A program made the translations under genes and the position numbers. DNA of 59,426 nucleotides, counting the filler, from Sphacelaria rigidula (Eukaryota): assembly GCA_964200075.2 (NCBI GenBank). It is 5 parts of 5 records of this genome, joined end to end, with 100 filler letters (N's around TTAATTAATTAA, not from the genome) between each part and the next. Parts side by side here need not be neighbours in the genome. Positions count along the whole stretch, not along the records: positions 35,720 to 47,523 come from CAXNAA020004478.1; positions 47,624 to 59,426 come from CAXNAA020004479.1; 3 more parts are not named here. The stretch is one strand, 5' to 3'. Below the pieces are notes generated by a model. That model saw only the letters and a list, made by a program, of their open reading frames with translations, was not told where the DNA came from and searched no databases. This document shows, piece after piece, positions 38,701 through 51,100 of this stretch (the stretch's first letter is position 1; every line of letters begins with the position of its first letter).

Positions 38701-41700
38701 TGGCGAGAAGGGGTCTGAACGGCTGTTTGAAGGGGCCTGAACGGCTTTTATACATATTACGAAATAATGTCATGCACACCCATGATGAAATTTCAACCAT
38801 GACTGGGGGGTACGGGTCCCTACACGCGGACCCTGGGGGCACGGACCCCTTCCCGCGACAATTCTGCCACAGGACCACACAACTTCTTGCAACGATCACT
38901 GACGACACTTGGGCGATATCAAAGATTTTCACTAGGAAATACGTAGGGCCAGACAATTTACCTTGATTTGATTTTCTCTGGTCGTAAACGATGCTATCGC
39001 GATGCCAATCCTGGCCATTTCTGTCCATCGCGATAGCATCGTGATGGAGAAATAATCGTCTTTCTTTTTATCGCGATGCTATCGCGATACCACTTTTAGG
39101 GTCAAAAGGCCTAAATGGACAAGTGTTCCAGAATAATATGTGGTACACTGCCAGTATGAAGATCCCCGGAAAGCGGTACTGAATGCGCCAAAAGAAGAGT
39201 AATAAAATGATGCGTCTGGAGATGGTCCAAGGAACACATGTACAAGGTTTGTTGCCAAAAATCGAAAACCTCATACAACAGTTTTTCTTGCCTTGACGTG
39301 AAATTCACCGAAGAAGACGTTACCATACTAAAACCAAGTAGTTAGGCGTTGCACAAGTCAAGCTCACGTCCTCCAGAAACGCGCAAACCTTCACGCTTTT
39401 ATTAGGGGTTAGACCCTGAAACTTTGCACAAATATGCTTTGTGTCATTACACGACTTTGCATGTACGATTTTGTTTTTACTTCTCAAGTTTTTCACCGTT
39501 TTGCAGGGGTCCGACGGGATCCAACTCGTTTTTCGAAGTATAGTCTCCATTCTGGGACCCCGTGAAACCAGTACAACGATTTGTTTTTTGACTTTTTCGT
39601 GAATGAGCTGTCGCCGCATAACCCAAGGGAGGGCCCCACAAAATTTTCTCGCAAAACTCGATCAACTCATGTTTGAATTTTCATGTTCACGTCAAAGAAG
39701 GCCCAAAAACGCCGTTTAGGTTAAAAAATCAAGTAGTTTGCGGTTTCACCGCGGCACGTTAAAGTTTATCGCACTAAAGCGAAAAACCTCACGCCGTTTT
39801 GAGGAGTCAGACCCTGAAATTTTGCGCAACTGTGCTATGGGCCATTGCGCAACTTTGGATGAACAAGGTTTTTTAGTTTCGTTTTCATTACCGATTTACG
39901 GGGGTCCGGTTGGATCGATGTTTTCCCGAAAAAACTGGGACCCCTGAAAAACGGTGAAAAAAGTCAAAAACTCGAAAAACGTCGACCTTCGAAAGTTGTG
40001 TAAGGCCCCATAGAACATCTGTGCAAATTTTCAGGGTCGAACCCCTGGAAGCGGCGTGAGGTGTTGTCGATGAGTGTTTTTCGGGTGATGAGCCTGAACC
40101 AGCCTGTAGGGGGTATTTGACCCTCGAGACGATAAAAACCACGATAGAGAATATCTATGTATGGGGGTAGCCGAATGACCGCGTTTGCAACCGTCATCAT
40201 AAATGACCTTAGTTAAAACTTGCCCTATCAAATCGGAGTTTTACTTTTTCGCCGCAAATGTTCGATCGGAATATAAGGTGCTAAGACCGGTCCTTAGAAA
40301 CAATGTTTCCGTGAGATCGAGAGTAGTAGTTGGTACGATTGAGAGTGGAAAGCGGTCAATTAGTGAATGAATCGTTTCAATTCCGGAATGCCCCTCCACG
40401 AGATCCAATATGCTTTCTGGAATGGCTGGCTACTGAGGCCCTTGATATCCCTGAGTAGGATATCGACGTGTAGCTGTGAGTACAAGCAAGTGATGGAGGC
40501 AAAGAAAACCACACGCGGGATGAAAGAATGGCTAAGTTGAAGCGAATGATCAAATCCACTCTCAATCAGCGCTCTACTCTCAATCTCACGAAAACGTTTT
40601 TATAACAGAATAATTGAAAATATCTGGAAAATGACCTTTTAGGAGCATCCAAGTCATTTTACGCCCGAACAGAGAGCTACGCGGAGTTTGACACCTCGGA
40701 ATGACTTGCTCTACTGGTTGAGCTGGTTCCAGGACACCTCCCCGCTTTTCCGGTGGCCGCAGATTATTTTTTGGCTAAACAAGAGGAGGTTTCGTCCAAG
40801 AACGGTCAAGTCGAGAGAAAAATGACGTTTTGTTTCTAGATTTGACCGTTCTTGACCTTCTATCGACGAAAAATTTCGCGCAAAATAAAAACTGCGGCCA
40901 CCGGAGAACGGGAAGATGCCGTGGGACTACCCCAACGAGTGTAGTTAGTCGTGCTTTGAAATTTCGCGAGGATAATCGCAGGTGCATAATGAAGAAAAGT
41001 ATTTTTTTTCACTTCTTCGTTTTTTTGTTTCGTTTTTTGAGGGGAATTTCAAGCGTAAACGGACAATGCGCGCGGACGTCATCGCACTTTTTCAGCTCAA
41101 TTCCAAGAATTGTGATTTGAAACTTATCATGGACGATCGCAAAGGCATGCCGAAGAAAAAAACGGGCCTTCATATTTATTTCCGTGAAAAGGTATGGGTA
41201 TTCTCGTGAAAATATTCTGAAATGTCCTCAACAAGCAGGAAAAAATGTAATTTCCGTTTTTTGTTCGTCATGGCCTTGCGAGGTCCCACACTCAATTGTA
41301 GTACACAGGAACTAAACCTGAACCGGTAAGTGGCCTGCAAAATACTGTTCCAAATTTCTACCGGTTCCGTTTATAAAAGGGCAATTCGCAATTCAAGACT
41401 TGGTACCAAATCAACAGATTGCCTACTACGCTCGCGTTATAACGGTACAAGCCCAAGAAATATCGCAGTTTTCTCTAGCGTTGACTGTTCATCCTTTATT
41501 TCGTGGACAGAAATGCAAGCTTGTTGCCCGTCTGCTTCCGTTCCCCCAAAAAGTACTGTGTGCAAAAGATCCATTTTAGATTCAAAGCGCGTTCTTTGTT
41601 TCACCCCGAAAAGGAGGCGAAGATGTATGTTAGACGGGAATTCCCACGAATATAGTTTCAGAGTCATTGAACGGCATGACCATCTTTAGGTGAAGCCGCT

Positions 41701-42006
41701 TCTGATAAGCTTAGAATTCCTAGAAGTTCGGGCGGAGAGCTTTTCTCAGTCACACCCTTCCGAGGGGGCAGTTTTCAAAGCCCCACCGGCCAAATGTCAT
41801 GGGTGGCGGCATGAAAAGGTCACGTCAACCCCTAGACCGCGCGGGTAGTCCATCTGGATCATGGACACTATTTTCAGGTGAAATTCACCTACTCTCGTCC
41901 AAGCGTTGGCTCCCTTGGGATCAGAGCGGACTAGCCGAAGATGACGGCCCATTTTGAGGAGAAGAGCACAACAATGGGTGGTGTCGTCGCCTTAAAATAA
42001 ATGTTT

Positions 42007-42618
42007 CACACGTGGCCATTTGGCAACCTCGACAATACCTCCAGGTGGGTCAACATTTCGAGCCTCCAGAGGAAATAAAGGCCTCCGGGAGGGTGCGCCG
42101 CCCCCCGGAATAGCTTTTTTTTTTCTTCGAGAGGGATTGAGCGCCTCCGGAGGCTTGTTTTTGCCTCTGGAGGGCCGCGCATCTCTCCGAGGGCATTTTT
42201 CTACCCCAAATTCCTCCGGAGGGGTGCGCGGCCGTCCAGGTCGGTAGCGTTTGGTTTCCTCTAGAGGGATTGAAGACCTGCGGAGCAATGCTACGGTAGG
42301 GGTGCACTTCTTTCGCGAAATTATGTCTAGTTCAGGGGTTCCTTACGATTCTAGATGCACAAAAATATTGGTCGGGGCATCCTCGTTTGCAAAATAATTC
42401 GGGATATCCCCAGCACATTGGAATAGTAATCCTGGCGTACTTTCACATATTTTCCTAAGTCGTGCTTTGGATGAGATAGAGGGCTCTTAACAGTTCTAAC
42501 CTCAGAAAATATTTGTGCATCCCTACCGTAGCATCACTCTGCGGAGGCTTGTTTAGCCTCTGGAGGGCCGCGCATCCCTCCGGGGGCATTTTGGGGGGTA
42601 GCCAAATGGCCGCGTGTG
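42007..42618. mobile_element. Second CACAC-terminated MITE, carrying a nested MITE
   Basis: Same TIRs as 37428-37764; interrupted at 42283-42539. Confidence 0.72.
42283..42539. mobile_element. Second copy of the Sola2-like MITE
   Basis: Same TIRs as 25858-26113, with TSD tgcg. Removing it restores the host motif ...cctgcggaggcttg.... Confidence 0.82.
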
Positions 42619-43800
42619 TTTCCTCATGAGGTTGTTGTCTCCCGCAACGGAAGTACAAGCAACAATGGGGTACTGCAACTACAAGTACATGACTCCCCAA
42701 GCGGTAATGACATCAAGAAAAGCCGAATCTTGGGACAGCAACGAGGACGCATGGGTAGTATGTCGTCCCCGTCGTGCCTAGATACCATCGTGTATGTTGT
42801 TGAGTTTGAGCCCAGTATTACCAACCTGTACGCCTGACTGACAGTACAACACAGACCTTCTGGTGTTTGGGTCATGGGTTCGAAGGTCGGTGCAGTCACA
42901 TGTTCTGGGTTTCTTCTGAGAGCGTGACCAACGGTAAAGAGCGACCATGTCATTTTACGCCTCAAGAGGTTGTGGAAATGTCGGCAAGCAAACCAGAAAA
43001 GGCCGGCGGTTTTTTTGTCGACTTTTTCGTGTGACATTGGTAAGTATCCAGACGCAGAGCTCCTCGCGTTTGCAGTGCGTGCACGTCCGTCGCTGTTTTC
43101 CGTCGCATTAGCCTCCGCCGGTCTGTTCCCGGAGAAAACGAAGCCGTGGTATGTACAGCTGCCATCCTATGATGGGAGGGGGGGGGAAGGGGGGGGTATT
43201 TGATTGTACGAAAAACGAAGCTCAGTCGTGGGCCAGACGACGTTCCACACTCGCGGCGCGCTTATAGTTGGTTGAAAACGATGTTGATCGGTATGAGTGA
43301 GCGTTTTTTGTCTAAAACAAGCTCGTTCGAGCAACCGTCTCTGCTTTCAACGACGATTTGACCTGGAATTTCGTGCAAGAAGTGACCCAAACTACCCTCC
43401 CCTATCGTACGATGACGGCGTATATGAGCACGCCTTTGTGTGCCGCAGGGCACGAATGAACTGGAGCAAGTATATCCATACATACCCTCCCTTTCCACGA
43501 CTAGCCGAACCATATGTTGTCCGCACATGTTGTTATATTGCACTGCTTTTCAATGATAGGGTTTCAGCATCGACGGATTCGTGGGCACTCTGGATGAAGC
43601 CGATTCGTACATCGATAAGTGCGTTTTTGTGCAAGGTTCAGACGACCCGATCAGCCTTGAATACGAGGGGGAGACAGTGGAGAGTTCTCTCATTGGCTTT
43701 ATCATGAATGGCCTGACCATCTCGAACTGCGGGTGAGCCACGTAAATTTCGGAAATGAAAGTTGGTACCCTCCATGCAGTTCCTCTCTGAAACGATTGCT

Positions 43801-43836
43801 GTTGTTGTTGTTGTTGTTGTTGTTGTTGTCGTTGTT
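43801..43836. repeat. (GTT)n microsatellite
   Basis: About 12 units with one interruption. Confidence 0.95.
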
Positions 43837-45007
43837 GGTTGCTGTCGTCTTCACATTCAAACCGTCCCGATATCTGCGCAGTACACCGTAATGCGTATAT
43901 TATGCGGACACTTTCCGTTGTCACAGGCTAACTACCCCAATACACTGTCCCCCCCTTGTCCAATATATACGCAGTATATATATACATATATTCCCATCAC
44001 AACAATCCCAACAACGTTCCCATTCTATCCTCACAAGCTCTTTGATTAATTCATGAATGAACTAAATGAGTATGAACTACGTAGTATATAAATTGACAAT
44101 GTAGAAGAAAGTCCAAAGTAATAGTCTAGATAATTCGTATATATAGTCACGGAATAGCAAGGCAACCTGCAAGTACGGCCTAGCCGGTTTCACAGCGACG
44201 ATTTTTCAGCCATCATTTCCGTCGTCTGTGTTGTACCGTCGGTCAGGTGTACAGGTTGGTAATACCGCATTGTAGATTGGGGTGAGGAACGTAGGAGATA
44301 CACACACAGGATGTTAATTGTGGGACGTAGTAGCACCGTGGACTTTCCTACTCACCGTGGAATTTCCTACTCCCATGTAGGTAAAATAGAAACAGATTGA
44401 CAACGAGTGGATAATTAATCAATGTTGGGATTAGGAACGGATATATCTCGTGAGATTAGGAACAGATTTTTTCTCGGAACGGACTTGTTTTCGTGATTTG
44501 GATCAAGACCTTCAAATCGTCGGGAGCAGATGTCATCACCCTTTAAAAAGCCCGTGATCTGACGGCAATTGTGGTGGAAAGTGATTGATGTTCGATGTGG
44601 TAAGTGTATTGTTCTCAGGGGAAATACAGACAGCGTCAGATGTAAAGAATTTCATAGTTAAGAATCTCAGCCTCGTTTATTTTAATAAGAAATTAAGGGT
44701 AACCATTCGTGCTGAACCCAAAGGGAGAAATAATAATTTGAAACTGGGGAATTGCAAGGGTGTCGACGGGTAAGAATCTGCAAGAACGCACTGCAACCCA
44801 GAAAAAAAAAAACTGCCTCTCCACCACCACCGTGGCTACGCCAGGCCACCAAGCAAGCTGGCGCCTCTCTTAATCGGGCAAACAGTATTGATTTCCACTG
44901 GAATACCCCAAGGATAATGACAATTTGCTGGGACACCCCACGGGTAATGACAATCTGTACGAATCTTGTACAGTATTGTTCTGTATTTTGTTCCAATTTT
45001 TTATTTT

Positions 45008-45185
45008 GCATGGGGTGGTTCGGTGGCCTGGTCACTCGCAAGAGTCAAGAGCGCACCAAAAAATTATACGATTATCATGTGCGTTTTGAAGATCAGAGCG
45101 TGCGTAGCATGAACCTACCGGTAGCTGCATACAGCACGGAGGCGAGCGCGCCGGTGGGTTCGTGGGTCTTACTAGAGCCTACTAA
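45008..45185 (+). pseudogene. Orphan Tudor/SH3-like beta-barrel coding fragment, probably transposon-derived
   Basis: GWFGGLVTRK...YDYHVRFEDQSVRSMNLPVAAYSTEASAPVGSWVLL resembles the tail of element 1 (WWLGQTH...YIVRLIDD...LKLRPVLYTTSLSAPRGSWCLQ). Confidence 0.5.
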
Positions 45186-45265
45186 CAAGCAGCAGAGGGG
45201 GGCTACGGTCGGAAGAGGCAGGCAGAACACCCAGCGCGGAGATCTAGAAACAGTCCCGAAAAAAA

Positions 45266-45687
45266 CACGGAGGGATACGTGACACACATGACACATTTGA
45301 AAACAACGGTAGAAACGTAACTTTGGGCCATTTAACGCTACGTAAGTTTAATTTTTTGGCCGGGACAAATGCAACGTAATGTGATGTAACATGTGGACCT
45401 TGAAGCAGTGTCTCTCGGTGTTTTCCAGATGTGAAAAAAGCCTGTTTTTTTGGTGAGTTTTGAACGTGACACGTGACACGTGACATATTCACGAAAACCA
45501 GCAGAGTTTTCGTCACATTTGGAAAGTGAAACGCAACGTTAGGGTTCATACGAAGGACCACACGTTACATCACGTTACGTTACATATATATGTCTCATCC
45601 AAAAAATCAAATCTTACGTAGCGTTAAATGACCCAAAGTTACGTGTTTTCGAATGTGTCACCTTAAAACGTCACGTATCCTTCCCTG
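45266..45687. mobile_element. hAT-like palindromic MITE
   Basis: Long imperfect TIRs (ggatacgtgac...acgtaactttggg.catttaacgctacgtaag), with 8-bp TSD gaaaaaaa at 45258-45265 and 45688-45695. Confidence 0.75.
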
Positions 45688-46911
45688 GAAAAAAACGGCA
45701 CTCAGTAGCTGGGGGGGAGTATTAACGCCCAACGTGCGTAACGCCCTACGTGCGTAATATAGACCATGTCGGTTGAGTGGCTCTTCTGGCTACAGTAGTA
45801 CAACAGTGCTACAGCGGTTTTGTAGTCGTCGGAGGTGGGCAACATGAACTTTCACCCCTGCAGTCCTAGAGAGCTTCGTCATGTGATGAAAATCTGGTGA
45901 AAAACAGTATGCGTGATGTATGATGCAATGTGCCAAACATGATTCTTGACAAGCTCTCAGGGAAAACAAATGCCGTATCGGATGCCTGTGCAAAATAAGA
46001 AATTCAAAATTAAGCATTTATTTGGCGTTTTGCACCTCTTCGAACGATGAGAATCTGGACTTGAGCATTTCTGCAGCAATCGGAGAGGAAATAAGAACCC
46101 GAGCCTCGCTCCAAGTAAGAGTTTCTCAACATCTGTCGCTATATGCATGCCCCATGAACAGGGGTTTTACTCAATTTCGGCCGTATCATGGAAGCCGTCA
46201 AACCATTTCAAATTTGTTTGCGCCAAAACTCCCGTCAGATTACGGGCCCTCACGGGGTGACGGCCGGTTGGGATGATTCGACCGTCTTATTGGAAATAAT
46301 GGTTACGGGGGAAAACAATTTCGTATCTCACGCACATGTTGTTTGTTTATTGTAGAATCGTGTTTTTGACTTCATATTTTCATGTAATGAACATTTATTT
46401 GTGAATTGTTCATGCGTTGTCATTCTGTTTTTTAATTCTATTGCGCATCCTGTATTTTCAGCGGGTGTCGATTCGTTATTCCTGTCGTGTGGAGAGGGTG
46501 CTGGGGAAGTTGCACTTGATCACATACATGGACGTCGAGCGCCCCACGTGCTTTATTCGGTACTTACTTCTGTTCTATGATAGAATAAGGTTTCAACCAA
46601 ATACACTACAGCTTGAAGGGATCGAATCAGAATTTCGCTCAGCGAAGAGTGGCTTGAAGGGATTGAATAAACAGAATTTCGCACAGCGAAAAGTGTAAGA
46701 AGAACATATATATGTAAGTGATCATCCTGCTAGATATAGCGTTGGGCATCCGCGATTTATCTACTTCGAACGGCCGATGGTCGAATGAAATACCCACCTA
46801 TCCGTCGTCTAATGCAACACGCACGACGATGAGGTCGGTGGGGTATCACGAAATACGTGCCAAATGAAAAGACCTGAGAAAATGCGTTCATGTCCCGTAA
46901 TAAATCTGCAG

Positions 46912-47244
46912 GGGGGAATGCGTGCGCCTGAGGAACTACGTAACTAACGCGGAGATCACAGATAATAGTATCACGAACTGCGGCGTTTTCGACTTCATCT
47001 TCGATGACGGCGGAGAAAACGGTGAAGCGATCTACGTCGGGACATCAAGCAACCAATGGACTGATGGCCCCGACGGCACCAACTACAACATCATCAGCGG
47101 TAACAAGATTACGCCCAACGCAAATGAGTGCGTCGACACGAAAGAAGGCTCCACGGGCAACATAATTGAATACAATGAGTGTACCAACCAACTGGATGTA
47201 GACTCCGGGTGCTACGACTCCAGGGGCAGCGGAAATATCATCAG
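46912..47244 (+). CDS. Internal exon of a right-handed parallel beta-helix (pectin lyase-like) protein, possibly a polysaccharide/alginate lyase
   Basis: ctgcag| ... ag|gtgaaa, 333 nt, phase 2-2. It encodes GECVRLRNYVTNAEITDNSITNCG...GEAIYVGTSSNQW...NIISGNKI...NECVDTKEGSTGNIIEYN...DSRGSGNIIR, with Asn-ladder PbH repeats. Confidence 0.78.
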
Positions 47245-47439
47245 GTGAAAATTATTCAACAGTTGGCATGAGTTGAGTGTTGGAAGTTGACAAATAACAG
47301 TTCCGAATATACATGCTCGAGATTAGCGGGAAAACCAGTAACGGTTCACCGTTTTAATAAAGATCATCGGAATAACCGAAGTAGTGCAGTGTGTGAGATT
47401 TTCATCGTAGGGTACTGAATAGTTCATGTTCTGTATAGT

Positions 47440-47523
47440 ACAACAAATTGTGCAAATTGAGGTTTAACTCCGAGATGACGTTCAAGCCTAAAACAGTGAT
47501 TTCCTCACACTTTCAGCGATGGT
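47440..47523 (+). repeat. Contig-end repeat (same family as 1-60 and 35539-35619)
   Basis: acaacaaattgtgcaaattgaggtttaactccgagatgacgttcaagcctaaaacagtg. Confidence 0.8.
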
Positions 47524-47623
47524 NNNNNNNNNNNNNNNNNNNNNNNNNNNNNNNNNNNNNNNNNNNNTTAATTAATTAANNNNNNNNNNNNNNNNNNNNN
47601 NNNNNNNNNNNNNNNNNNNNNNN
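47524..47623. other. Artificial contig spacer
   Basis: N44-TTAATTAATTAA-N44. Confidence 0.98.
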
Positions 47624-48193
47624 CTCCGTCCCGGCTTTGTAGGGATGCGAGGTAAATGGTCTTATGACTATGGCATGCATGATCATGAGTACACCCCCTT
47701 GGACTGTGGTCTTGAATCACCAACGAAGATATCCGAAGCTCTCTAACGGGCTGAACGTTTAACACCACGATATTTTCGTCTGATTTCTTTATTCCCGAAA
47801 TCTACTCCCCAGGTGCCCCCACCTTGAGGTTTATCACCTACATATTGTCGGAGCAAACCGGCGTATATCGCCAACGGTAAGGACAAGGAGCACTTGGAGA
47901 ATATGGAGGCGAGTTAGCACAATAATCTGTCAAGGCGAAGTCGAACGTGTACATAGGTAGTGCATGGTCGTAGTGGGGTCTTTGCGGCGATAGAATAATC
48001 TGTCTGTACTTCGTCGACCTCATGGTATGATGTGGTAATTGCGCGTGTCCTCATTCGCAGAAGAACTCGCGGGTACACTGGAAAAATCAAATGACTATCC
48101 GTGCTTGTGTGCTATCAGTCCTTCAGCGAACTCCGCGTGGATTAGAGCACAGTTCTCAGGATACAAAATCAACCCTCGTCGCATGTACTCCAG

Positions 48194-51100
48194 GCAGGGG
48201 ATTTGCGAAAGGGTATCCGCGACCTCTTGAACCTTGAGGAAGATTTGAACCGTCTCTCCCCGAGCATCGAGCGTGACGCCAGAGTGAACTTGCTCAAGTA
48301 TCTTCAGGTCAACGAAGTCAAGTACCACGAACGTGAAGCCGATGGGCTGTACGTCGAACTTGTGCGGGAGGAAGGGCTTGACATGCTGCGGACAGTCCAC
48401 GAGCAGGCGCCGGTTTGTGGCGATCTTATCCAGCCACGGGAGGAAGGTTCCATCCAAGACTATCTAGACGACGCTGCGCTCGCTACCGAGTACCTGGAGA
48501 CACTTTTGGAGGAAGTGGAAGCTACGGTGCAAGGAACTCACCCAATGTATGTGGTGTCACCAGGCGTCAAAAGTCTGGAAAGCGCAACGCGCAAGGCAGA
48601 CAAATGCGGTGGAATTCGGAAGTTGACAGATATGGCGCGGTTGTCGGTGGTCTGTGATACGTCGCATGGTCTCGCTCGTGTGTTTGAGCTTCTCAAAGAA
48701 CGGGTCAAGGTAAGTGTATAGATGTCAATAAGCAGGATTGATATTGAGAATGAGGACGTTGACGTTGACACGGAAGTTCGAGCCAGGATGGCTTGTGTCC
48801 TGCACTTGCAACAGTGTTCAGATTGTGTACACCGGAGCTAGCACAAGGAAAACATGCAATGCATGAGCATCATGGACTCCGCAAGAGGATCAAGTATTCA
48901 GAGATGTCGAGATTTTGATAAAAACAACGTGTTGGCGGTGACCCTGCTGTCGCGATTCTTACTAGGTAACGTACTTTCGAAAATGAGACACAATCCAGCA
49001 GGAAGCTATCCCACCATCGATCTAGCAAATGAATTCGTGTATCTTTTGTTTGCACGGTCTGACCTGCCAATGTTTGGGGTGTTTCTGTGTGTGATTGCAG
49101 TTTTGCTTTTGTCTGGTATAGATAAAGTCGGTGATAAGATGGTGCTTATACTCCCCGACGGATTCTGCGATCCTGACGCTGGCGGGCCCAACGCTCGCCA
49201 AGCGTGAATCGTGTTCACGCCTTTACATCGGTGGCGAAGATTTTCTCCTGTGTCCATTTACCAAGCTACCGACGACGACGTGCATTCGATGGTGCAGTGG
49301 CGACGGCGTATTTTTTTCAATGTCGTGTCTCGTGCATGCCACACAGTCTCAGCTATCCATATTCGTACCGGCAAAAAAAACGACCGATGAATGGATGTCC
49401 AAGGTACCTGTTGCAGTGGGTCGCGGAAGGACAATGACCATCAACCGAGCCGATTTACATTACAATTTTACCATAAGCTCCGAGGTCCTCGTGCGTTTGA
49501 ACTTTGCCTGGCAGCACCACAACACCATACTCTAGCGTAAACTAATGATGATAGATATATTCGTACACCATGTTCGTTTCGTGGTGATATTCTCGCAGTG
49601 TATGTTGCCGCAGATGGGGTAATCAATTACATTAGACCGAAACGCACGCGCTCTACTGGCCGATCTTTAATAGTGCCAATGAACACATTGTGTAGACACT
49701 CTCTGCGTGTTGTTGATAATACTCCTTTGCCCACACTCCTAAACCACGGTACCCGCAGGATGGGAAAATTTTGAGCGTACGGAATGGCTTTGTACACAAC
49801 TACAGGAGGGGGGGCTACAGGGACGTGAAAGTATTCGTGAGCCTGAGGCAACATGTTTGTGAGATCCAGCTGCACCTTGCGTCCTTCTTCAGCTTGAAAG
49901 ACGAGCAGCATGTAGTCTATGAGTGGGCCCGGCGTTTGAATGTCACCGTGGAAATGAAAGCAGAGAACCTATTCCAAAATATGGGACCTAAAATTTTGGA
50001 CCAAATGGTGGAGCTTGCTCGAGGTAACTGGCAGTCGACTGGCGATGCTCTGCCGTTTCTGAGACACGCTCGTGGAGATTACGCTGAAGCGGAGCAACTA
50101 TTTCGTGAGGTGACTGCGCTGCTACCGCCTGCCAGGAGTAGCTAATCGGTGCAGTTTGGCCTGAGAGCACTCGACTTGAAGTTTCTAGTCACAGGGTTTG
50201 TTTCTCGAGCACTTTTTCGTGGCCTCAATCTGTTTCCACCTGCGTGCCACTGATGCAGGGTTATGACAAACACAAGGTGCGAAGGGAATCCAAAGAATCT
50301 GCTCACGGGAAAACCTCCGCGCAATGGACACTTGCGGCACGGTTGGCCGCGAATGCCAGTAACAACCTCGCCTCCGCACTCGCGTCGCAGGTGAAACCAC
50401 GGGCACGCCTCATATTTGGCGTGAGTTGCATTATGTCGACTACCGCTCAGGTCGGAAACATGAAGCGACATCTCACCATAATATTGGTGACAGGCGTAGA
50501 CGCTTTTCACTGTGTGCTTGTGCAATGCGTATCGGCCCTTTCGTAACAAACAAACTAAGCGTCAGCGCCTGATTTTATTTTTTCTCGTGAGTACTTGGAG
50601 CATCACTAGTTGACTGCAGACAACGTTCCAGCCTTTTCGAATCCTGAGCAGGGTTCTGTTGGAGACTTTCTATTCTAAAAGAGCCAAACTATATTCGTAT
50701 GTTAAAAACGACTCCTGAAAAGTCTAGAGTATATTGCGAGGTCATAATTTTTTGTCGCACACGCCACTTGGTAGGTCACACTACTTCTCACGAAGCGCTA
50801 TTCGAGGCAAATATATCCTATCGTTGTCTACCTCCACACGAATCAGGTTTGAGCCAGATCATAACCTGAGAGTTTCCCGTCCCCACCGTTTACGTGGTAC
50901 GTCATGATCTTCACAAGGGCAAACATGGTGAAGCTGAGCACTTTTTCAGAAGCGCCGTTTCGATATGGGAAGAAGCGTCGGGGAGCGACACTCCTGATGT
51001 GTCTACAGGATTGAACAATCTTGCGGGGTGCTTCGCGACACAGGTGACACGCTACGACCCTTCCGCTGAGAATATGTAACGCAGAGAGACTTTCGGACGC

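Larger units (their letters stand above)
36780..39150. mobile_element. Long inverted-repeat (foldback-like) element with ~530-bp arms rich in atcgcgat motifs, containing nested insertions
   Basis: 36780-37310 is the reverse complement of 38075-38320 plus 38860-39150. The right arm is interrupted by a SINE-containing insert. Confidence 0.7.

Noticed and set aside
47813-47908. Possible upstream exon of the RelA/SpoT-TPR gene (cag|gtgccc... with a GT donor after 47876 or a GC donor near 47908)
   Set aside because: Frame and boundaries are ambiguous and there is no recognisable motif, so the 5' end of the gene is left undetermined.
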